A DNA stretch of 64,000 nucleotides, taken from Cyanophora paradoxa CCMP329. Taxonomy: Eukaryota; Plantae; Glaucophyta. Location of the stretch: positions 62,001 through 126,000 of the forward strand of contig QPMI01000412.1 of assembly GCA_004431415.1 (NCBI GenBank), read 5' to 3'. How positions within the stretch are numbered: position 1 is the stretch's first letter; every line of letters begins with the position of its first letter. This document shows, in pieces, positions 45,933-55,500 of the stretch. The notes below the pieces were generated by a model. It made no database searches. It worked only from the letters and a program-made list of their open reading frames with translations, and had not been told where the DNA came from. The position numbers and the translations under genes are program-made.

Positions 45933-48900
45933 TCAGGTGTAGGCCTCGTAGTTGGCGGTGTCGGTGCGGAGTGCGTAGCAGGAAATGGAGTCGAAGAGCC
46001 ATTTGTAGGTGACGATGTCCGCGGCCTCGAGCAGCTCCCGGGCGCCGGGCGGCAGGACGAAGAGACGCAGCAGCTCCTCGATGTCCACGACGCCCTCGGC
46101 CCGCACCGTCTCCGGCGACCGCACGACGTACGCGGCCCGCGCGGCAGTCGGCTCCAGGTCGCCTGCGGCGTCGGCGGCTCCGGGGATGCCTGCGCGCCGC
46201 AGGACGGTGCCGCCGGCGGCCTCGATCAGGTCGACGAGGTCGTTCCGCGTGGGGCCCCCGTCGTTGAACTCGCCCCACAGGCCGAACAGCAGCCCGGCGA
46301 AGAGCCGCGGCGCCTGCGCCCGGCGTCAGGCGGGCACGGAGGCGGCGGCGGCGAGGAACGGACTTCGGCGACGCGGTCGGCGCGGGAGCGGGCAGGCGCG
46401 TCGGTCCGCTGCTTGACGCTGTCGCCCAGCAGCTGGTAGCGCTCCTCGGGCTTCCAACAGTTTGCCTGGAGGCTCGCGCGGACCCCTGCGGCGCAGCGCC
46501 GAAATCAGCGCGAAGCGCTGGGGGGGGCGGGGCGGGGCGCGGATGGGGCGCACAGCCTTCGGATATGACCCAGGCGCCGCGGGCGACTCCAGCGAGGTAC
46601 TTGACAGTGCGCTTGCAGAGGCCGCCGAGCGTCTCGCGCGCCACCACGTGCGTCACCTCCTCGCTCCACGCCTCCGTCAGCTTCGCCCCGCCCAGCTTCG
46701 CCACCGCCCGCCCCAGCTCGCTCTGACGGCCCGTGAGCGGGCGAGGGAGGGGAGAGGGGTGCGCGCCCGGGGCGAGAGCACCCTCTGGCTCTCGTTCAGG
46801 CCGCTGGCGAGGATGACGCGCGTGACCGGCACCGGGTCGGCTTCCTTCCGGCCCGAGCGCCGCCCTGTGCGCGCGACATGTGTTGAGAACGGAATGAATG
46901 CATGTAAGAATGCCGAGGAGTACGCACCCGTGGAGGGGCGGGGTGCAGGGCTGGAGGATGATGACGCGGGGGAGGGGGCAGGGCGAGGCGCAGAGCTAGA
47001 TGCCGAAGGCGTCGCCGGCGGGGGAGGGCGGAAGCTAGGGCCAGGGGTGGACGAGGGTGACCGAAGGGGCGTCGGCTGGGACTTCTGGGAAGCCGAAGGA
47101 GGGCGGGGTGCGGGGGCGGAGAAGCGGGCAGAGGCCGGCGGGCTCGCGGCGGGGGTCTTCTGCTGCTTTCGGCTGCTGGAGGGGGCTGGGGCGCTGGCGC
47201 GGCGCGGGGTCGGTGCCGCGGAGCTGCAGCAGGAGCCGGCCTCGCTGCCGCTGCCGTCTTCGGCGGAGCTCCGCTGCGAGGGGCGCCGCCTCCCGCTCTC
47301 CTTGGCCTGCAGGCGCTCCACCTCTTGCTTGCCCAGCCCGCGGTGCTTCGGGCACTCAAGCACGTGCTCCGTCTGCGCTCGCGTTCGCCGGGGTCGCGGC
47401 AAGGGACGCGGGGGGACGGCGCTCACCTCGTACAAGGTGGTGCCGTCGTTCTGCTTGACGAGCTCGCGGGCGCACTGCAAGTGGAACTGCCGCTTGCACC
47501 GGCGGAGGAGGCAGCCGATGGCCGCCCCGCCCTCCCCGCACTTCTTGTAGCTGCACTTCTGCAGCGGGGCATGAGGGCCGACCGCGCGGGGGGACGGGGC
47601 GGGCGCACCAGGTTACGGGAGCGCCACCACTCTTCGTGGAGGTTAATGTACCCTCCGGTGCCGTCCTCCATCACGTCCGGGGCCCAGTCCGCGCATTGCT
47701 CGTGCACGTAGAGGCCCCGGACCGTCCCCTGCGGACCGCCGTCAGCAGAAGGCCGGGGTAGCAGTGGGGCGGCGGCGCGCCTTCTTCTGCCGGTTGGGGA
47801 TCGCGTAGGGGCCGATGCCGTCGCCGCAGGGGTCCGCCGGCTCGCCCTCCCGCGGGAGCTGCCGGTTGCAGAAGCCGCACTTCTTCACGATCTTGGGGGT
47901 CGCCCGGCCGGGGCTCTGCCGGCCCAGCCGCGGGTCGGCGGGGACCGTCTCTTCGTCCTGCAGGTCCTCGTCGCTGTGGACCGAGTCGCTCAGGCCGCCG
48001 CCGTCGACGCTGGCGAACATGAGGAAGGCGCTCTCGTAGTGCTTGACGGCGCCGGCCCAGCACGCCTCCGGGCAGGCGTCGAAGCGGCGGGTGAAGCCCT
48101 GCTTGCGGAAGAACTTGGTCGCCGTGAGGTCCGCGAAGGTCACCAGCCAGCAGATCCCCTCCTGCCCCGCCTCCTCCCTGCCCCGCCGTTGGCGGGGGTC
48201 GAAGGCGGGGAGGGGCCGCGGGAGGGGCCGGACCGGAGGGCGGTGAGGAGGCGGGAGCCGACACCTCGCTTCTGGATGGCGTCGCTGACGACGAGGAACG
48301 TGATCTCAGCGATGCGGCGCTCCTCCCGCGGCATGGGCTTGTACACCGCCGCCCCCTGCAGCACCCCGCCCGGCCCCACGTCCAGGAGGCTCCGGTGGAA
48401 CCTGCGGGGCGGTGAGGCGGGGCGCGGCGGGCCGGCCCCCAGGCGGGGCGCACGGGTCGGCGATGACGCCGTCCACGTAGGGCTTGGACATCTCCGGGAG
48501 GACGGAGATGACGAGTTCGGAGAGCGCGTCGGTGTACTTTATCCTGTCCGCGCCCTGCAGGTCCCCCAGCCGAACGTAGCCCTCCACCGGCACCGGCGCG
48601 AGCGCGAAGGGAGGCACGCCGCCCGCCGGCGAGGCCGAGGAGGAGGCGGGGGCGGAGGCGCGGGAGGTGGTCGAGGCGGTGGCTGTGGGCGGACCGGCGG
48701 ACTTCGAGGTCGTGCTGGCGGCTTCTAGGACCTCGCCCCCGCCGGCTCCCGCCTCGATCTTCTTCGGCGTCGCGGAGAAGAGGCCGGGGACGCCGCACGG
48801 CTGCAGCGGATCCCGCCGGGCCGGCGAGGGCGACAGGCACGCCGCGCCGCTCCGGGCTTTCTTCATGGGCCGCTTGTTCGGCGACTCGTGCGCCGAAGGG

Positions 48901-50695
48901 CCGCCAACGAGCGGCGCGATGTTCTCCTTGTCGGGCAGGTCCCGGGGCGGGTCCCGTGGGCGGGCGGCGTGGGGCGGCGGAACGGGGCGGGCCGGAACGA
49001 GAGGCGGGGCCGGGGGGCAGGAGAGAGGCCCGCCGAGGGCCTCGATGACGGAGTGGGAGAGGAAGGGGGCGGCGTCGGGGATGGCGCTGCGGACCGCGGT
49101 CCGGATGCTCTCCACCTGCGAAGGCCGCAGCTCTGCGGGTGGGGTCAGCCGAGGGCGCCGCAGGGGAGGCGGGCGGCCCGCACGGTTCGCGATGATGTCG
49201 GCGCCAGCGTCGACCGCGGCGGCCACAGCCTCGGCAGCCCGCGGTACGTCCTGCGCGCCGCCGAGGGCCGCATCGCGCGCGGCGGCACGGCCGGCCTCAA
49301 AGCCCGAGGGGGCGACCGTTGCGTCTTCGTCCAGATCCATTTCGTGCTGCTCGCCGCCGCCGGCCGGCGCCTCCTCGCCGCTCTGCGGCTCGATGGCCGC
49401 ACCGCCGGGGGCCTCCCACGCCGGATCCCATGCTGGCTCCTCTGCAGCCTGCGCTTGCTCGTCCCCGGCGTAAGGATCCTCGAGGCCTGCAGAAATGGCT
49501 TAGCTGCAGTGTGGCGCACTACTTGAAGGAAGGGGGAAGAAGCACCTCCAGCGGGGGCCTCAGCATACAGCTCGGGCGCAGCGGCCTCGGGATCTGCCAT
49601 CTCGATATCTGCCGCCGGCTCGCCCTCGTCGACTCTCCGCAACGGTGATGCAGGTGGCATGAGGGGCCTGGGCGGACGCCGCGTGCTGGGGGAGCGGGGC
49701 CGGCGGCGGGGCGGAGAGGGTATGGAGCAGTTGACGGAGTCGAAGTAGATAGCGTCGGGACGGTGGTAAGGTTGAGCCAAGAGCGCCGACATGGCCTCCC
49801 GCGCTGTCAGCGCTTTCTGCTGTTCGGGCGGGACCGACCCCTCCCCCGGCGACGCGTCTTCGATGTCGTCGACTGTCTCGTGCTGATGCCCGCGGCGGGC
49901 TGCCGGCCGCTCCGGCTGAGCGTGCGGAGCGGGCGCAGGCACGGCTGCTGGAGCGGTCTCTCCTCGCGCTGCTGGAGAATGGCTCTGGCGCGCGTCTGGC
50001 AAGGCCGGCAGCTGCGGGGCGTTGGCCGCCGATGATGGCTTCTGCCGCGCGTGCCGGCGACCGGGCGCATCCTGCGAAGGATCTTCCACATCCTCGACCT
50101 CGTCTTGATCACGGCCGACGGACAGCCTGTTCAACGAGCTCGGCTCCCCTGATCGGATTCGATCAACTCCGGGTCGAGGCTACTGGGCGATTTTGAATGC
50201 GCACCGGCGGAGGCTTCCCCTTCCAGCAGTGCGCGGCCTTTGACCACATTCTCGAGGTGCAAGAAGGCGTCCACGAGGTCCCGATAGCGCTGCACGGCAT
50301 GGAGGGAGCGGCGATCGAACTCGCCCTTGCAGCTGCGGAAGGGGAATGGGCAAACAGGCATTAGGGATCATACATTCGATCCATTCGAAGTGACGGCGCA
50401 CTTCGGGCACTTCAGCTTGTTGCGCTGCAGCGGACACTTCTTGATGCACTCCCTGCGCGGGCCGTCGGGCACGAGAAGAGGGCAGCATTCTATTCCAGGT
50501 GACATCCGCACGCACGCGCAAAAGAAGTGGTTGCAGGGCAAGGCGAGAGGGTCGTCGACGACATCTTGACTGCGGCGGCCGAGCTCGGAAAAAGGCGCTG
50601 GGAGCGGGGAGCGCTCGATCGCACCAGATAGTGCAATGCAATTCCTGTCGGAAACCGTCCAGCGCCCGCTGCAGCGTGGCGTCCTCGGGCTTCAT
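45933..50695 (-). CDS. BRCA1/BARD1-like protein: C3HC4 RING, GCN5-type GNAT, extended PHD, two BRCT domains
   Basis: RING: CTIC..CNHFFCAEC..CPNC. GNAT: LPEMSKPYV..IAEITFL..QKRGVG..TFAD..FFRKQGF. ePHD: CGFC..HEQC..C..C..GC..CKRQFHLQCA..CPKH. BRCT: SGL..VTHVV..CKRTVKYLAGVARGAWVIS and WLFDSISCY. Confidence 0.88.
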
Positions 50696-51321
50696 CGCCG
50701 CAGTTCAAAAAAGCGCCGCCAGCCGCGAGCCGGCTGCTCGGGGGCGGTCCTACGATCGCTGCAATCGCTGCAGATTGACTTTGGAGCGCCGCGGAGCGCC
50801 GCTGGCTCCGTTCTTGCCGGCCGCGGGGGGTACGGGTAGCACAGGTCCACACACAAGCAGATCGACCTGCGCCACATGTACGTCCACTCAAGCGCGGCAC
50901 AGGCCGCGGCGCAATCGCCGATTCGCAAAGCGGCTCCCAAACAGCATCGGCGCGCGCGGCGCGGCTCGTTTGCGCGCGCGCGCGCGCGTGCCCAGGGCCC
51001 GCCCTCGAGCTCGAGCTCGACAGCTATAGCAATTTTATCATGATCGCATACAAACCAGCGATCGTGGCGCCGGTGCCCGGCCTAGGCCTGGCAGAACTGC
51101 ACGTCCCGCGATCGAAAGACGTCGACAGGTGGCGGTTTAAAGGTAGCGGTACAAGGTGCAGAGCTAAGCTAAGCCGACTATTAAACTATTGATACTACTG
51201 CCAGTCTGCTGGCACAAAAAGAAGCAGAATATCAGAGCAGGCTATGCATGCTAAGCAGCGAATTGATCAAAATACCGCGAGCGCCAAGACAAAAAGCAGC
51301 GGCGATCTGAGGAAACCGAGG

Positions 51322-52384
51322 TCACTGCTCAGGCCGGATGCCGGGTAGGCCCTGTATCGTGGAGGTGCACTGGAACCATGTCTCGCTCACCCCGCCGCCC
51401 GCGCAATCAGCAGAGACCGCGGCGGCGCTGTCGCCCGCCGGGGCCGCCGGGGACGCAGCGTGGGAAGAGCCGGGCTCGTGGAGCTGGAAGCTGGCGACGA
51501 CGTTGCCGAGGGTGCGGTCGACGTCCTCGCCGTCGTCCAGCCCCGCGCGCAGCACCACCGTCCGCCGCTGCACTGCCGGCGGCCGCAGCGCTCGGCTCGC
51601 CGACATGGAGGGGGGTGCGCTGCTGGAGGGAGGGACGGCAGGGAAGGAGCCGAGGCGGATCTCTACGGGGGTCAGCCGCCTTCGGGTTGTGGCGACGGAG
51701 AAGTTCTGGCGGGGGAAGAGGTCCGGGGAGCAGGCGGTGGCTGGGGAGAGGAAAAGTACGGCGAGCTTCGTGGCGCCGAGGTCGCGGTGGAAGACGTCGA
51801 GGTCCGCGACGACCAGCGCCCGAATCATGCGGCGGCAGACCTCCCGCGCTCGCTCCAGCTCCGCGGGCTCCGGCGGACGCCGTTCCAATCCGAAGCCCTG
51901 CACGCCGAGGGCGCTCGTGTCCACGGCGCCGTGCTGGCCGCGGAGGCTCCACTCGTTTGCGAACTTGATCACGTACAATTCGCGCGGGCTGACGGGCGAG
52001 CTCCCCATCGAGATCATGACGCTGCTGATGCACGTGTTCGTGGCGAATGCTGCTTCGACGGACTGGAACAGGGATTCCGCGGAGTGCACCAGCTTGAGCC
52101 GGCGCCGAAGCTGGAGGGACGCGCGAGGCCCGCTCTTGCCAGGGATCCCGCCCTCGCCGCAGTCCTGCTGCAGGCACCTCTTGAACTGAGACGCGCGTCT
52201 GCATCAGCACCGGGCCAGGGCGCGCGACGGCCTCGGGGAATGAGCGAAAGCGCACTTCGTCGTATGTGCATGGGATCTGCTGCCGCATAAACAGCAAGTA
52301 CTTGATAAGCTCCCGGACCAGGATGCTCGACGTGTAGGCCGAGAGCGGCGTTGGCAGCGGTACATCGAGCGTCCAGCCACCCAT
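51322..52384 (-). CDS. MAD2L1BP: MAD2L1-binding protein (p31comet, HORMA-like)
   Basis: ELIKYLLFMRQQIPCTYDE; MGSSPVSPRELYVI; RRMIRALV; FPRQNF; C-terminal WFQCTSTIQG. One intron. Confidence 0.85.
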
Positions 52385-52580
52385 CCCGCTCTGCCTGCCT
52401 ATCGCGGAGTGCCCTCCTCGTCACTCCGAGGCGCTCGGCACGGATCGCGGCGGCTGCAGAGACTGAGTCGGCGACCTGCGGGTCGCGAGGGTCGACCTGG
52501 GTCGTTGCAAGGGGGGTGCCACAAATATTGGCTAAGTTGGCCGCGCCGCCCCAGTCCGGGCGGCGCGCGGCGAGGCGGCC

Positions 52581-55500
52581 ATGCCTCAGAAATACCAGAC
52601 CATCGTGGCGGTGAACAGGCCGACCGCGACGGTACGGCTTCCACTTCTCCGCAGAACTCCGCCGTTCTCACGCCCTTGCAGCTGGGCGCGCAGCTGGGCG
52701 TGATCCTTATTCGACCCGAGGAGCCAATCACGGCGCGAAGCGATCCCGGGAGCGCGAGCACCACCCTGAAGTCACAGAAGACCGACACGCTCGAACCGAA
52801 GCCGCCACCCACCAATCGCAGACCCAACGATGGCTTTGGACAACCACCTTCAAGGAGGCGCTACATGCAGCCAGAGAAGACGCAGCGCGCGCTAAGCGGC
52901 TTCCTGCAACAGGACTACGGTCTGGACGCGATCGGCGACTCGGATTCCGTGAACAGCGATGAGCTCCAGCTTATCGATGTAGCATACGAAGAAGAGCTTG
53001 GCAAACTGCAACAGCGATTGACGGCCGCGCTCGCCAAGGCTCGCGCTGGAGATCAGGTCAGGTTAAACAAAGGCCACGGCCTGTCGCGACCGCGCACGCT
53101 GGAAGCACTAGAGAGCTTCATTGCAGCGGTGAGTACTCTTTTCCTGACGGCACCGTGCGCTTGGTTCGAAGGCCACTGCGCAGGAGCTCGCGATCTTGAA
53201 GGAGAGTGGGGATGAAACTGCAGAGTCCCGCCTGCGCATCTACCTGGTCTGTATGGAGCAGCTCTCTGCGGAATTCAAAATCTACGGTCCTCTCCTAAGC
53301 ATTATCAAGGTCCGCCGCATCTGCCGCTCGAGGGTTGCGCGGGGTAGCTGTCAGGAACAATCGCCATGCGATGATGATCCATATTCCCTTTCGAATGACG
53401 CTCGGCACGTCCAAGCCGATGCGATGAATATCACTCGTACTGATCTACGGCGTATTCACATACGGATAATCCGAAATTTTAAACGCTCCTATCGTCCATA
53501 GATTTGCGCTGCCAGCGCGTAAAATAATGCTTGACGTAAGCGCGTTGCACCCTGATGATCCATATTCCCTTTCGAATGACGCTCGGCACGTCCAAGCCGA
53601 TGCGATGAATAACCCTCTCGCTGATCGTCGACGCGCCGGACGGGGCCGGGGGTCCCGGGTCGGGCGCCGGGCGCCGGGTCGCTGACGCGCGCCCCGCAGC
53701 GGGAGTTCGTGGCGGCGCTGGAGGAGGGGCGGGCGCGGGAGCGGGAGCTGGCCGGCCTGGCGCTGCTGACGGAGCAGGCCAACGTCAAGAAGGTCGCCGA
53801 GCTCGAGGAGCGCCTCCGCCGCGCCTGCGCACGGGTGCGCCCCGCCGCCACTCACTCCCCGCCCCCTCGCGGCGCTGAGGCGGCGCAGCTGGACGGAGAC
53901 GACGACGAGGAGAGCGACGAGGAGCTGGAGGGGAAGGGCATCGCGTCGAACCTCTCCTCGCCCCGCAAGTCGCAGGCCGGCTCGCCCCGGCGCAAGAAGC
54001 GGCGGGCCGGCGGGCGCGGCGGCCCCGAGCTGGCGAGCCTCTCGGCGCAGCTGAAGCAGGCCGCCGACGGGCGCGCCCTCCTCGAGGACCTCCTCCGCCA
54101 GGCGTGCGTCCGGGGCCCGGCCCGCTCGGGGCGCCGCGGGGCGCCGACGGCGGCGGCGGGGCGCAGGCGCGGGGCGTGGGAGCAGGGCGAGGAGGCGCCG
54201 GCGGTGCTCAAGGCGCTGCTGGACAACGCGCTGGCGCCGCCCTCGGGGGAGGCCTCGCCGCGCGGCGACGGGGAGGCCCGCTCGCCACGGCGCTCCCTCT
54301 TCCCGGAGAAGGACCGGCAGCTCAACATGCAGGCGCGGATCAACCAGCTGACGATGGAGCTCTACAAGCAGACGACGCAGAACGCGAGCCTGCAGCGGGC
54401 CGCCGAGGAGCGCATCGACCGGGCGGCCTTCGTGGCGCTGCAGGAGAAGCTCGCGGAGGCGGAGGCGGGCGTGAAGGCGCGGGAGGAGGCGCTGGCGGCC
54501 GGGGAGCAGCTGCTGGGGCGCCGCGAGGAGGAGCTCACGCGCCTCACCGTCCGCCACCACGAGCTCCTCGGCGCCATCCGCGCCTCCGCCGCCGCCGCAG
54601 CGGCAGCCCCGGCACCCCCGGCCCCCGCCACCGCACCCGCCCCCCAAAAGGTCCGCCCCTCGTTTCAGCCCCGCCCTCTTATTGCGTTTTACACTTCTTG
54701 GCCACTACTTCCCCGGCTTCACCACTTCTTTACCCGTTTCTCTGGACCGAAAGCGCCTAAAGGATGATCAAATCATTTCCCTGTTAGTTTGACCCGGCCT
54801 CGAGCCTGGGCGTGAAAATCAAACCTTATGTCTGGACCGCTGAACGCGCTTCGTCCCGCAATCTCCCCTCGCCTAGAGCGGCTAAGGGATTAATCACATA
54901 TTTCCCTGTTAGTATAATTCTGGCCCCGCACCGAAAGCGCCTAAAGGATGATCAAATCATTTCCCTGTTAGTTTGACCCGGCCTCGAGCCTGGGCGTGAA
55001 AATCAAACCTTATGTCTGGACCGCTGAACGCGCTTCGTCCTGCAATCTCCCCTCGCCTAGCGCGGCTAAAGGATGAATCACATATTTCCCTGTTAGTATG
55101 ACCCTGGCTTCGAGCCTGGGCGTGAACTATCACATATGTTCGGACCGCTGATGCCGCATCAATTTTTCTGTTTCCGAATAAGAGCGCCCAAAAGGATGAA
55201 CAACTCATTTCCCTGTTAGTTGGACCCTGGCCACGAGCCTGGGCGTGAAAACCAAACCTTATGTCTGGACCGCTGAACACGCGCTCCCCGTCTTCTCCTT
55301 AACGCCCCCCTTTCCCCCAAACGTGAGCGCTTAGAGGATGAATCACATATTTCCCTGTTAGTATGACCCTGGCCTCAAGCCTGGGCGTGAACTATCACAT
55401 ATGTTCGGACCGCTGATCCGCGCTCATTTCCCCTCGAGCTCGCTTTTCGTGCCTCCACCGTTGCCGGCCCGCCCCGGATGGCCGACGCGGGCGCGCAGGA

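Noticed and set aside
53453-53539. AT-rich spacer between the two C/D snoRNAs as an H/ACA RNA
   Set aside because: No convincing hairpin-hinge-hairpin-ACA layout could be identified by eye.
54751-55426. CRISPR-like repeat-spacer array
   Set aside because: The units are ~82 nt with C/D boxes, some spacers are duplicated, the context is a eukaryotic intron, and there are no cas genes.
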